Source of the DNA: Candidatus Collierbacteria bacterium | GTDB taxonomy: Bacteria; Patescibacteriota; Microgenomatia; UBA1400; MFAQ01 | Direction of reading: 5' to 3' | DNA length: 64,000 nt | Assembly: GCA_903886255.1 (NCBI GenBank) | Contig: CAISLM010000014.1 | Location: 13,562 to 77,561, forward strand | Part shown: positions 28,424-37,851 of the stretch, one piece after another | How the letters are laid out: each line of letters opens with the position of its first letter | How positions within the stretch are numbered: position 1 is the stretch's first letter | Notes under the pieces: generated by a model | Databases searched by the model: none | The model's input: the letters and a program-made list of their open reading frames with translations, nothing else | What the model was told of the DNA's origin: nothing | Translations under genes and position numbers: made by a program

Positions 28424-29205
28424 GGATATTTCTGTCTTAGCCAATAAAAAACTAAATTCCCCACAAGCAAACTAACCAGAAGTGTATCTGGTAGGAAGAA
28501 GAAAGGGAAAAAGTTAAAAAACGCTGCCAAAATTCCCACAAAGGCGCCAAAGAAAATCTGAAGCCTCCTATTATTCGGAGAAGTCATTGGTTCCGGAAGC
28601 ATCACCATACTAAAAAAGAGAACCAGGGGTGATAATAGTGTACTAAAAACAACTTTTGGAGTGTCAGCAGAATTAAACCTAAGTAAAATTTCCGTTAAAG
28701 TAAAAATAATCAAAAAACTAACAATCAACCTCCCTCTCCTCATTCTGAAAATCGAAATATAGCCGGGAACAAGAATCAGTATGAATAAAAAGATTGATAG
28801 TGGGTTCAACTTTAAAGATTGGAAGATTACACCCCACCAAGAAACATTTTGACTAAAGATCAATCCCCCTACAACCAATCCGAAGGCAGCCGGGTTGAAC
28901 ACATGCCGATTGTTCATCTTTAAAAAGTTTTTGCTTGCCATGGCCAACAGACAGACAGATACGAGATAATACCAGGGGAGAAGGGGATACGCCAAAAGCC
29001 CTATGATAAGTCCGGATACCAATGCTGCAGATAAAACGAATGGTTGGATTTTTCTCAGGCGTATAAAACAATAATCAGCAATAAAAGTTGTCCCAACTGC
29101 CAGAATGACGGATAAAAATGCACCATTTTGACCGCTGAAAAATATCGCTCCCAACGCAATAAACCCAAGGAATATTGCCATCTGTATCTTAGGTAAATTA
29201 ATCAT
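28420..29205 (-). CDS. RnfD/NqrB-like membrane protein
   Basis: SK...RHVFNPAAFG and MLPEPMTSP motifs; polytopic. Start moved to ATG 29205. Confidence 0.75.
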   Translation of the reverse strand: MINLPKIQMAIFLGFIALGAIFFSGQNGAFLSVILAVGTTFIADYCFIRLRKIQPFVLSAALVSGLIIGLLAYPLLPWYYLVSVCLLAMASKNFLKMNNRHVFNPAAFGLVVGGLIFSQNVSWWGVIFQSLKLNPLSIFLFILILVPGYISIFRMRRGRLIVSFLIIFTLTEILLRFNSADTPKVVFSTLLSPLVLFFSMVMLPEPMTSPNNRRLQIFFGAFVGILAAFFNFFPFFFLPDTLLVSLLVGNLVFYWLRQKYP

Positions 29206-29282
29206 TATTTTAAGTTTACTACTATTAGAAAAGTTACAAAAAATATTTTTAGCAGTTTTACGATGTAAAATTACGGCACACA

Positions 29283-29843
29283 ATGAAAAACAAATTGAAT
29301 ATATCAAAAGAACTAGAATATACACGAGAAGACTGGCTTCACTATTCTTACCATTTCCGAACTGCAACAAACTATGCCTATTTCCGTTGCTTTTTCTTTG
29401 GTTTTTTGACCCCCATGATTTTGGCCGGCCTCTTAACCAAACCCGATTTAAGTACTTTGTTTTATTCCTTGGTGTTTATCCTTATGATCTTTCCCGGACT
29501 TATCCTCACGCCAATCGTCTGGATAAAAAGTATGATTAAGAAACCGGAGAAAAAGGTTTATTCATTCGAATTCACCGAATCCTATTTAAGCTTTAAAAAA
29601 GGTGGAATCACCACTAAAATTATGTGGGAGGAATTTACGGGAAGGATTATCGAAGATAAATACGCCTTCGTATTTCTTCGTGAACGCTCTTATACATTAC
29701 CCAAAAGACTATTTACAGATCAAGAATGGCAAGATTTGATTCGGCTAATAACTGCCAAAGTAAATCCGAAGAAGCTCCCTACTATCGGTAAAAAAATTCT
29801 CTGGGTGTTGATCGGTTTGGCTCTACCCTTCCTTCTTCCGTAA
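29283..29843 (+). CDS. YcxB-like membrane protein
   Basis: Two TM helices, then W..F..IIEDK..F...LPKRLF. Confidence 0.55.
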   Translation: MKNKLNISKELEYTREDWLHYSYHFRTATNYAYFRCFFFGFLTPMILAGLLTKPDLSTLFYSLVFILMIFPGLILTPIVWIKSMIKKPEKKVYSFEFTESYLSFKKGGITTKIMWEEFTGRIIEDKYAFVFLRERSYTLPKRLFTDQEWQDLIRLITAKVNPKKLPTIGKKILWVLIGLALPFLLP

Positions 29844-29869
29844 CAAAAAACAGAAATACAAATTTCAAA

Positions 29870-30018
29870 TTGTGACCCCGGCGGAATCCTCTCGGTAAAA
29901 TTCAGCTGAATTTTCCTCAAGACCTGGCTCGACAAGATCGTTACTAGCTTGTCTCCGCCCTTCGATTCCCTGCGTTTGACAAATAAAAAAGGTTGGACTA
30001 GCCAACCATTTTTACTTG
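29870..30018 (-). ncRNA. tRNA-Glu 3' trailer structured element (copy 1)
   Basis: Hairpin 29979-30019, anti-T-arm 29961-29970, shared core 29920-29959, 18-bp palindrome 29897-29914, tRNA 3'-end copy 29870-29888. Confidence 0.6.
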
Positions 30019-30092
30019 TGATCCCGGCGGGAATCGAACCCGCGATATTCAGGATGAAAACCTGACGTCCTAGGCCGCTAGACGACGGGACC
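30019..30092 (-). tRNA. tRNA-Glu (anticodon TTC); CCA not encoded
   Basis: GGTCCCG acceptor, TCAGG-TTTTCAT-CCTGA anticodon arm, GCGGG-TTCGATT-CCCGC T arm. Confidence 0.93.
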
Positions 30093-30117
30093 AAATTTTA
30101 ACAAATACGATTTCCGA

Positions 30118-30256
30118 GGGACTTCTCAAAATAATTTTCTTCTGAAAATTTTTTGAGACCTGGCTCGACAAGATCGTTACGAGCTTGTCTCCGCCTTTCA
30201 AGTCCACTAAAAGATCATTATTAGTATTTTTACCGCTAGGTTAAAAATACTAATAG
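30118..30256 (-). ncRNA. tRNA-Lys 3' trailer structured element (copy 2)
   Basis: Hairpin 30219-30255, anti-T-arm 30197-30205, shared core 30156-30195, hairpin 30124-30158, T-arm copy 30118-30124. Confidence 0.6.
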
Positions 30257-30330
30257 TGGGTCAGGTGGGACTTGAACCCACGACACCCTGCTTAAAAGGC
30301 AGGTGCTCTAACCGACTGAGCTACTGACCC
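30257..30330 (-). tRNA. tRNA-Lys (anticodon TTT); CCA not encoded
   Basis: GGGTCAG acceptor, CCTGC-CTTTTAA-GCAGG anticodon arm, GTGGG-TTCAAGT-CCCAC T arm. Confidence 0.95.
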
Positions 30331-30392
30331 ATACGAGGCATATTTTACCATGATTACCCTCGGATTATCTATAAAATAGGCTAAGATAGACT

Positions 30393-30872
30393 ATGAAAGT
30401 TTTAGGCATCGACCCTGGTACAGGAAGGGTTGGTTGGGCATTTGTTAGCCATGAAAAGGGGATTGATTCTCTTATCGAATGCGGTTGTTTTGAAACAAAA
30501 GTTAATTCGGAGCTTCCCGATAGACTTCAAAAAATATATATTTTTCTAAAGGAACTAATTAAAGAGAACAAACCTGATGTTCTGGCAGTTGAGTCTTTGT
30601 TTTTTGCTACAAACGTAAAGACTGCTTTTGATGTTGGAGCTGCTAGGGGAGTGATCCTTTTGGCAGGACAAGAAGCGGGTTTACCGATTTTTCAGTACAC
30701 ACCTCTTCAGGTTAAATCGTCTCTCACCGGTTATGGGAAAGCAGAAAAAAATCAAATTCAATTTATGGTTACCAAAATCCTCCATCTTCAAGAAATTCCC
30801 AAACCCGACGACGCAGCCGACGCAGTTGCCATATCTCTTACTCATATTTTTCATCATCCCCACAAGATGTAA
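30393..30872 (+). CDS. ruvC: Holliday junction resolvase RuvC
   Basis: VLGIDPG, AVESLFF, GYGKAEK, DDAADAVA. Confidence 0.95.
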   Translation: MKVLGIDPGTGRVGWAFVSHEKGIDSLIECGCFETKVNSELPDRLQKIYIFLKELIKENKPDVLAVESLFFATNVKTAFDVGAARGVILLAGQEAGLPIFQYTPLQVKSSLTGYGKAEKNQIQFMVTKILHLQEIPKPDDAADAVAISLTHIFHHPHKM

Positions 30873-30898
30873 AAAACCCTCCATCAAGGAGGGCTTTT
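30871..30898. terminator. Bidirectional intrinsic terminator
   Basis: AAAAAA-CCCTCC-atcaa-GGAGGG-CTTTT between convergent genes. Confidence 0.7.
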
Positions 30899-30904
30899 GT
30901 CGAA

Positions 30905-31312
30905 CTAATTTGAATATCTCCGGCGCTGATTGGAGTTGGATTTGGATTTGCACAGAAAGCTGATGAAAGCAAATGCAAAGCCGATTAAAATTGCTTCCCA
31001 CCAGGCAGAGCTCAATATCCAAGGGACGCTGAGCTTGGCGATCCACAGGGAAGCAAGATATAAGCTGGCGTACTTGAAAACGCCTTCGATTATCCAGCCA
31101 ACCCATCCGGCGGTTAAACAAGACAAGGGCAGCGCGGCCAGCTCAATTAAAAATTTCACGCCCAATAGCAGCAAGTCGATCAGGCCCATGGCTAGAATCA
31201 CCAGGAAAGCAATCCAGAAAATATCGTTGCCGGGGAAGATCACAATCCAGCCGAGCAAGCTGAAGCCGAATAAAGCCAAAACAGTTAGTAAAAATTTCGC
31301 TAAACAACCCAT
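30905..31312 (-). CDS. Four-TM membrane protein (YvlD/phage-holin-family-like)
   Basis: Hydrophobic, with ALPLSCLTAG (LP..LTLG-like). GGAGG SD and TTGACA-17-TATTAT promoter at 31382-31354. Confidence 0.6.
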   Translation of the reverse strand: MGCLAKFLLTVLALFGFSLLGWIVIFPGNDIFWIAFLVILAMGLIDLLLLGVKFLIELAALPLSCLTAGWVGWIIEGVFKYASLYLASLWIAKLSVPWILSSAWWEAILIGFAFAFISFLCKSKSNSNQRRRYSN

Positions 31313-31427
31313 TTACGCCTCCAATTTGAATGTCCAGGATAAGAAAGTACCCTATAATAGCACACCAAGCGTATTTTGTCAACTATACCCATTAAAAAAC
31401 CGAAACTAGCCATGCTATACTGGCTAT

Positions 31428-31985
31428 ATGATCGGCTACCTAGAAGGCTCAGTTAAGTATGCAACTACAGGGAAAATAATCCTATTTGCCGGTGGAGTCG
31501 GGTTTATGGTCCACCTCCCAAGCAACGTAATTTTTCTCGAAAATCAAAAAGCTGTTCTTTATATTCACACCCATCTGCGGGAAGATAATTTGTCCTTATT
31601 TGGTTTCAAAACTCCACAAGACCTGGATATTTTTGAACTTCTTCTCACTGTTTCCGGAGTAGGGCCCAAAATTGCCCTTGCTTTGCTTTCATCCTCAACC
31701 GAAGAAAATATCAAAAAGGCCATTACCGAAAGCAATCTTGCCTTCTTCTCCTCAATTTCCGGAGTTGGCAAAAAGACTGCCCAAAAAATTATTCTCGATC
31801 TTAAATCAAAAATTGGCAAAGGCGACGTTAATATGGGAAACTTGGAAGGAAACTCGGAATTAATCGACTCACTAACTGCTCTAGGTTTCCAAAAAGGAGA
31901 AATTTCCTCAATTTATTCTCAAATTGATTCATCATTACCTTTAGGGTCACAAGTTAAATCGGCTTTGAAGCTTTTGCGCAAATGA
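31428..31985 (+). CDS. ruvA: Holliday junction branch migration protein RuvA
   Basis: [17 protein letters not shown], HhH motifs VSGVGPK and ISGVGKKTA. Confidence 0.95.
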   Translation: MIGYLEGSVKYATTGKIILFAGGVGFMVHLPSNVIFLENQKAVLYIHTHLREDNLSLFGFKTPQDLDIFELLLTVSGVGPKIALALLSSSTEENIKKAITESNLAFFSSISGVGKKTAQKIILDLKSKIGKGDVNMGNLEGNSELIDSLTALGFQKGEISSIYSQIDSSLPLGSQVKSALKLLRK

Positions 31986-32947
31986 CCAATCAACCGGAAA
32001 CATCAACTATCCGACCATCACAGTGGAAAGATTTTACCGGCCAGCCCCAAGTGGTTAGGTCGCTCCAAATCGCCATTCAAGCCGCCAAATCCCGTGAAGA
32101 ACCCATGGAACACACTCTTTTGTATGGACCACCGGGTTTGGGAAAAACCACCCTTGCTCACATCATCGCCAACGAGATGGGTGTAAATCTTAAAGTCACT
32201 TCGGGACCGGCACTAACAAGAGCCGGAGACTTGGCGTCAATTCTCACAGCTCTGGAACCGGGTGACGTTTTATTTATTGACGAAATCCATCGACTCAACA
32301 AACCTGTTGAAGAAGCACTTTATCCCGCCATGGAAGATTTTGCTATCGATATCATTCTTGGTAAAGGTCCGGCTGCCAAAAACCTTCGTCTTGATCTGAA
32401 TCCGTTCACTCTTATTGGCGCTACAACCCAGGCCGGAAAAATCAGTTCACCACTAAGGGATCGTTTTGGAATTGTCCACCGACTGCGTTTCTATGAGCCG
32501 ACAGAGTTAAAAGGAATCATTCTTAAAGCAGCCAAAAAAATAAATTTGGTTCTTGATGATGAATCTGCACTCGAAATAGCTAAGCGATCCAGAGGAACTG
32601 CCCGTATTGCTCTTAAACTTCTTAGGCGCGTTCGGGATTTTAATCTGGTAGAACACGATTCAAAATCAAACGTTGACATCACAAAAAAGTCACTAGATTT
32701 TTATGAGGTGGATGATGAAGGGCTTGATGCCACAGACCGCAGATTGCTAGAAGCAATAATTCTTCAGCATAATGGCGGTCCGGTTGGCTTGGAGACTTTA
32801 GCTGCCCTTATTTCCGAATCTGTCGACACCATTTCCGATCTCTATGAACCATATTTGCTTCAGTCTGGATTTTTATCTAAAACCAGCCGTGGAAGGGTTG
32901 CAACCGATAAGGCCTATTCACATCTCGGTGTTTCAAAAAAAGAATAA
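31982..32947 (+). CDS. ruvB: Holliday junction helicase RuvB
   Basis: [33 protein letters not shown]. Confidence 0.97.
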   Translation: MTNQPETSTIRPSQWKDFTGQPQVVRSLQIAIQAAKSREEPMEHTLLYGPPGLGKTTLAHIIANEMGVNLKVTSGPALTRAGDLASILTALEPGDVLFIDEIHRLNKPVEEALYPAMEDFAIDIILGKGPAAKNLRLDLNPFTLIGATTQAGKISSPLRDRFGIVHRLRFYEPTELKGIILKAAKKINLVLDDESALEIAKRSRGTARIALKLLRRVRDFNLVEHDSKSNVDITKKSLDFYEVDDEGLDATDRRLLEAIILQHNGGPVGLETLAALISESVDTISDLYEPYLLQSGFLSKTSRGRVATDKAYSHLGVSKKE

Positions 32948-32995
32948 GTGACCTATGTTAAGGAGTGTTCTTGTGTTTTGCCATATAATAATGTT

Positions 32996-34132
32996 GTGTC
33001 AATTTTTGCAATCCTAATTAGCTTCCTAATTTTTATATCTTTTCCTGTTAAAACATTTGCCATATCAGATCCACTTTCTGTGCCGAACAACAAGATAGGT
33101 ATCCATATTTTGTTTCCTGATGAGGTGGACCCGGCCTCAAAAATAATTAATAATAACGGAAAAGGAGGCTGGGGTTACGTCACAATTCCCATTCAGGCCT
33201 CAGACCGAGACCGCATAAAATGGCAACGTTTTTTTGATCAATGTAAAAATGATAAAGTCATTCCCATCATTAGAGTGGCTACTGTGCCGGACGGATCAAA
33301 CTGGGTTCAGCCAAACAGCTTTGATCTAGTGGATTTTGCTAACTTTCTTGGGGATTTGAATTGGCCTACGGAAAACCATTACGTTGTTATTTTTAACGAG
33401 GTTAATCGTTCTGACGAATTTGGTGGATTTGTATCACCGGAAAATTATTCTGACATATTAAATAACGCTATTGATATATTTAAAGCTAAATCGGACAATT
33501 TTTTCATACTTCCGGCCGGTCTGGATAACGCTGCATCAAATAGCCGCTCTTCACTGAACTGGCGAGTCTACATCGAAAGAATGTATCTTCAACATCCCGA
33601 TATTTTCAACAAAATCGATGGCTGGACTTCTCATGCTTATCCTAATCCCGGATTTTCGGCCAGACCTGATTTATCGGGTTCAAACAAAATTGATTCATTT
33701 AGAAGCGATCTAAATTACATCCGTTTTTTTACTACCAAAAAACTTCCTGTTTTCATCACGGAAACAGGATGGTCTGATTCCAACTTATCTGAGCACCAGG
33801 TCGCTTTATATTATCAATATGCACTTACACATCAATGGACAGATGCAAACATTGTAGCCATAACCCCATTTTTGTTAAATGCCCAGGACGGACCATTTGA
33901 ACAATTTAGTTTCAAGAAAAACGACGGCACTTGGAAAGAATTCACTACAACTCTAAGCTCATTTGCCACCATTGGTCAGCCGAACCCATCGATAATTCAA
34001 ATCAAACCAATCGCTACACCATCTGCCGAACTCTTTCCCGCTGAAAGCCCATCAAGTCAGGGAAACGCACTATCTCTACTTCAAAGGTTCTACAATAGTT
34101 TAAAGTCAATTATAGGATTATTTGGAAAATGA
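32996..34132 (+). CDS. Secreted clan GH-A-like glycoside hydrolase
   Basis: Signal/TM segment, FNEVN acid/base, SHAYP and ITETGW nucleophile. Start moved to GTG 32996, 6 nt after TATAAT. Confidence 0.65.
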   Translation: MSIFAILISFLIFISFPVKTFAISDPLSVPNNKIGIHILFPDEVDPASKIINNNGKGGWGYVTIPIQASDRDRIKWQRFFDQCKNDKVIPIIRVATVPDGSNWVQPNSFDLVDFANFLGDLNWPTENHYVVIFNEVNRSDEFGGFVSPENYSDILNNAIDIFKAKSDNFFILPAGLDNAASNSRSSLNWRVYIERMYLQHPDIFNKIDGWTSHAYPNPGFSARPDLSGSNKIDSFRSDLNYIRFFTTKKLPVFITETGWSDSNLSEHQVALYYQYALTHQWTDANIVAITPFLLNAQDGPFEQFSFKKNDGTWKEFTTTLSSFATIGQPNPSIIQIKPIATPSAELFPAESPSSQGNALSLLQRFYNSLKSIIGLFGK

Positions 34133-34812
34133 TCATACTGCACGGCGAAGACGCCAACAAATCATATGCTAGGTTAGCAGCCATTACCGATGACTTAAAG
34201 TCAAAACAGGTTGAAGTAGTTACTCAAGATGCAGCCGAAATAGATATTACCAATCTCCGTCAAGAAATTGGTTCTTCCGGACTATTTGGTTCGACAAAAT
34301 GTTTCGTTATTAAAAATTTGTTAAGTGGCACCAAATCAAAAAATAAAGATAAGTTAATTGATGTATTAAATCAAGACACCAGTCATGAAATTATTCTTTG
34401 GGAAAACAAAGGACTTGGAGTCACCATTTTAAAAAAATTCCCCAAAGCAAAAATAGAAAGCTTTTCTATAAGCCCGGTTATCTTTAAGTTTCTTGACTCA
34501 CTTCGCCCAAATAATTCTAGGAACATACTTCTTTCCTGGAAAAAACTTGTAAGTGAAAATACAGAGCCGGAGTTCGTATTTGCCATGATTGTCCGGCAAA
34601 TCAAACTTCTATCCCAAGCAAAATCTGATCCGGCATTTATCAAACTAGCACCTTATCCGGCCAGGCTGATAAAGGTGCAATCAACATACTTCACATTAGA
34701 CCATTTGCTTGATTTATATCACCGGCTTTATGAAATTGATCTAAAAATTAAAACAGGTTCCGGAGGAAATACGATAGACAATCTATTAGTAAATTTTTTC
34801 CAAAAAATATAG
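34129..34812 (+). CDS. holA: Short DNA polymerase III delta subunit-like protein
   Basis: IILHGED, GLFG, IFKFLD and EIDLKIKTG pattern. Confidence 0.7.
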   Translation: MIILHGEDANKSYARLAAITDDLKSKQVEVVTQDAAEIDITNLRQEIGSSGLFGSTKCFVIKNLLSGTKSKNKDKLIDVLNQDTSHEIILWENKGLGVTILKKFPKAKIESFSISPVIFKFLDSLRPNNSRNILLSWKKLVSENTEPEFVFAMIVRQIKLLSQAKSDPAFIKLAPYPARLIKVQSTYFTLDHLLDLYHRLYEIDLKIKTGSGGNTIDNLLVNFFQKI

Positions 34813-34849
34813 TAGTAAGATAAGAAAAGTATTATTAATTACGAAAAAT

Positions 34850-35143
34850 ATGTCCGGCAAAATAAATAAAGGTCAAGGAGTAATTTGGATAATCCTAATA
34901 ATAGCAATCATCGGCATCATCGGTTTCTGGCTTTCTCGGAATCGATCAACTTCACTTACAGTCACAGCGCCTATATTATCCGTGACATTGACTCCAACGA
35001 TGCAAGCAGCTGCCACTCCAACCATTTCGCCGACTCCAACACAGACATTAAACGATATTAACAAATCTCTTAATGATTTAAATTCTTCATCTACGAATGT
35101 AGATAAGGCTTTAAACGATTCTCAAATAAATATTAATCAATAA
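34850..35143 (+). CDS. Membrane-anchored Pro/Thr-rich hypothetical protein (pilin-like N-terminus)
   Basis: NKGQG followed by a hydrophobic helix; PT-rich linker. Confidence 0.6.
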   Translation: MSGKINKGQGVIWIILIIAIIGIIGFWLSRNRSTSLTVTAPILSVTLTPTMQAAATPTISPTPTQTLNDINKSLNDLNSSSTNVDKALNDSQININQ

Positions 35144-35147
35144 AACC

Positions 35148-35795
35148 ATGAAGAAACAAATAATAATTACATTCTCATTAATACTCTTAGGAGTAATTAG
35201 CTACCCAAAGTTAGCCAATGCCGCCGTACTTTCTCCTACAGCCGTAGCAATCCCGCTTAGGAGGGCTGAGATCAAAGTAGCTCTCAAAAAAACTAATGCC
35301 ATAAAGGAAATTGATCGGAGATTGGCTAGTTTAACTAACATAACAACACGAATAAACGGGATTACCAGAATAACAGACGCCCAAAAACAAAGCTTGTTGA
35401 CACAGGTCCAGAACGAAATAAATAATCTCAATGATTTAAAAACTAAAATTCAAGCCGAGACTGATGCCACAGCTCTCCAAGCCGAAAAAACTTCTATCGT
35501 CCAGTCTTATCGCGTTTACGCCTTATTCGTCCCAGAAATAGAAATAATTGCTCAAGCAGACAAAATTATGGATATTGCAGACGCGATGTCGAGTAAAACC
35601 ACCGACGCCACGCTACTCAGCAAAATCGCAGACGCAAAATCAAAGGCACAAAATGCAATAGATTTAGTTTTGCCACTTACACCCGAAGGATATCCTGGCA
35701 ATAGATCCGTTCTTCTATCCGCAAGAGATACCCTAAAGACAGCCCGAGTCAATTTAACCGGATCTTTTGCTTTACTAAAGGCAAACAGCAAATAA
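35148..35795 (+). CDS. Secreted helical hypothetical protein
   Basis: Signal peptide; coiled-coil-like; operonic. Confidence 0.65.
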   Translation: MKKQIIITFSLILLGVISYPKLANAAVLSPTAVAIPLRRAEIKVALKKTNAIKEIDRRLASLTNITTRINGITRITDAQKQSLLTQVQNEINNLNDLKTKIQAETDATALQAEKTSIVQSYRVYALFVPEIEIIAQADKIMDIADAMSSKTTDATLLSKIADAKSKAQNAIDLVLPLTPEGYPGNRSVLLSARDTLKTARVNLTGSFALLKANSK

Positions 35796-35834
35796 TGGTA
35801 GCGTCTTAATAACTCGTAGAGTTACAATAAATTT

Positions 35835-35999
35835 ATGAGGTGGACAAAAACAATAATTGTGGTTGTGCTAATAATCTTGGCTATTATCTTTGGAATAAGA
35901 ATGTTAACACCTGAGGATACCTGGATTTGTCAAAAAGGGAACTGGGTCAAACATGGTCACCCTAAGGCTCCGATGCCAACCACTCAATGCGTCAAATGA
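35835..35999 (+). CDS. 54-aa membrane-anchored protein with EDTWIC..G.W..HG.P motif (missing from the ORF track)
   Basis: MRWTKTIIVVVLIILAIIFGIRMLTPEDTWICQKGNWVKHGHPKAPMPTTQCVK; ATGA overlap with the next gene. Confidence 0.7.
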   Translation: MRWTKTIIVVVLIILAIIFGIRMLTPEDTWICQKGNWVKHGHPKAPMPTTQCVK

Positions 36000-37828
36000 A
36001 AAGGATACTCTTACCATTGCTATTTCTTATCTCTTTTTTGTTTTCTACAAAACCTTGCTTCGCCAAAAGCTATTCGATAGATAAAGCAAATATCGATATC
36101 CAAATAAATAAGGACGGAACAGCTAATATTTCTGAAACAAGAACTTATACTTTTTTGGGACAATTTACTAGTGGTTGGTGGTCTACCGGTCTAAAAAAAG
36201 CCTGTACATCAGACAATTGTGACTCTTTGCAAATTACCGACGTCAAAGTTCTCGAGGGTACTAAAACTATTCCTTCAACAATTACGACGGAAAATAATCA
36301 ACGTGTTGTAACGTGGAGCTATTCAGCTCTGAATGAAACAAAAGATTTTACCATCACCTATAAAGTAGTCAATCCCATCAACAACTATCAAGATACTGCA
36401 GAATTTTATTGGCAATTAATTCAAGATGGTTGGGGAGTAGGCACCAAGCAATTGTTGGCAACAGTCCACTTACCATATCCTGCTCCAAATAGTGCTTTGA
36501 AAGCTTGGGGTCACGGACCACTAGCCGGAAAAGTCTCAATTCCCGACAATCAGACGATTATATTTTCTGCCGATAATATCCCCAGTAATACATTTGTAGA
36601 AGCCAGAATAATTTTTCCACCACTAGCCGGTCTTCCTACAATTAAAGAGAACGCTATAGAAAGAATTAATCAAGAAGAGGCCAATTTTATTAATCAGACT
36701 ATTGCCGGAACTAAAGCAACCTTGCCAAATTTAAAATTTGTATTCACAGTACTTTTGACAATCGGGTTGTTATTGATTGCAAGAATAATTTATTGGATAA
36801 CTGAATGGAAACAATTCGGCAAAGATCTTCCTCTTCCTGAAATCAATCTTGCCGGTAGTCTTCATGAACCACCTTCAGACACAGAACCATCACTGGTTGA
36901 AGCCTTAGTCAGCTCAAACTATACTCCCAGTGCAAATTCAATTACAGCAACAGTTCTTGATCTCTGTCGTTTGAAATTTCTTAAAATTTCTCAAGAAAAT
37001 CGCGGCCCACTTTTGGGTATATTCCACCAAGACCCCGAAATATGGTTTGAGCTTCAAAGCAATAACGAATCTAAATATACTCAAAACCAACAAGACATTA
37101 TTAGCATGCTTTATTTGGATGTGCTCCCCAAAATTTCCAAAACAGTGATGCTTGGTAAACTTCGTACCGACTCAGGTGCCAAATTAAGATATAAAACTTG
37201 GCAAGCAGGATTCGAAAAATTAATGCTAAAAATAAATTTGGTCGATCAGGATAGTAATAAAGAAAAAAATAAAATGGCAATTGACGTTGTTATCTCCATT
37301 GCCATCTCAATAATCCTTTTTATTCTTCTCACAAAATCCTTCTTCAAAGATACAACCTCTGTTGTAACGGCTATCGGTGTTTTGATTGAATGCGTTTTGT
37401 TTTCATTTACTACAGGCATAATTAGTAACTTTATGGAAAGACTTACCTCTGAAGGAGCCAAACAAAAATCATCATGGCTTGCTTTTAAAAAATATCTAAA
37501 AGATTATTCAGTTACGAAAAGTTCTCCACTGGAATCGGTAATTATTTGGGAAAAATACATCGTTTACGGCGCAGCTTTAGGAATCTCCCTGAAAGCTTTA
37601 TCCGAACTTCCCATCAAATTTGGATCGGAAGCCCAGAATTCATTTGTTTATTTGGCAGGTGTAAGCGCAGCCGGAAATTCATTTAATTTTTCACAAATAG
37701 GTACCGGTCTGGAGTCTGTTAGCTCTTCGTTTGCCAGTTATGGTGCATCAGGAGCCGGAGGGGGTGGAGGATTTTCAGGCGGCGGTGGGGGTGGGGGAGG
37801 CGGTGGGGGTGGGGGGGGCATGGGTTGA
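35996..37828 (+). CDS. DUF2207 family membrane protein
   Basis: ISETRTYTF, EFYWQ, AWGHGPL, WEKYIVYGAALG and Gly-rich C-terminus. Confidence 0.85.
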   Translation: MKRILLPLLFLISFLFSTKPCFAKSYSIDKANIDIQINKDGTANISETRTYTFLGQFTSGWWSTGLKKACTSDNCDSLQITDVKVLEGTKTIPSTITTENNQRVVTWSYSALNETKDFTITYKVVNPINNYQDTAEFYWQLIQDGWGVGTKQLLATVHLPYPAPNSALKAWGHGPLAGKVSIPDNQTIIFSADNIPSNTFVEARIIFPPLAGLPTIKENAIERINQEEANFINQTIAGTKATLPNLKFVFTVLLTIGLLLIARIIYWITEWKQFGKDLPLPEINLAGSLHEPPSDTEPSLVEALVSSNYTPSANSITATVLDLCRLKFLKISQENRGPLLGIFHQDPEIWFELQSNNESKYTQNQQDIISMLYLDVLPKISKTVMLGKLRTDSGAKLRYKTWQAGFEKLMLKINLVDQDSNKEKNKMAIDVVISIAISIILFILLTKSFFKDTTSVVTAIGVLIECVLFSFTTGIISNFMERLTSEGAKQKSSWLAFKKYLKDYSVTKSSPLESVIIWEKYIVYGAALGISLKALSELPIKFGSEAQNSFVYLAGVSAAGNSFNFSQIGTGLESVSSSFASYGASGAGGGGGFSGGGGGGGGGGGGGGMG

Positions 37829-37851
37829 TGCGTATAATGTAAGATTAATAT

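Noticed and set aside
29720-30094. 124-aa ORF on the minus strand
   Set aside because: It overlaps tRNA-Glu, the trailer element and a plus-strand gene; a shadow ORF.
29920-30195. The two 40-bp near-identical repeats read as a CRISPR array
   Set aside because: There are only two copies, 236 bp apart with a tRNA between them, and no cas genes.
30331-31427. LexA boxes before ruvC and ruvA
   Set aside because: TACC-like half-sites occur but at 9- or 12-bp spacing, not the 10-bp period seen at lexA and uvrA.
37740-37828. G-rich tract as a G-quadruplex or contingency locus
   Set aside because: It is explained by the Gly-rich C-terminus typical of DUF2207 proteins, and the frame is intact.
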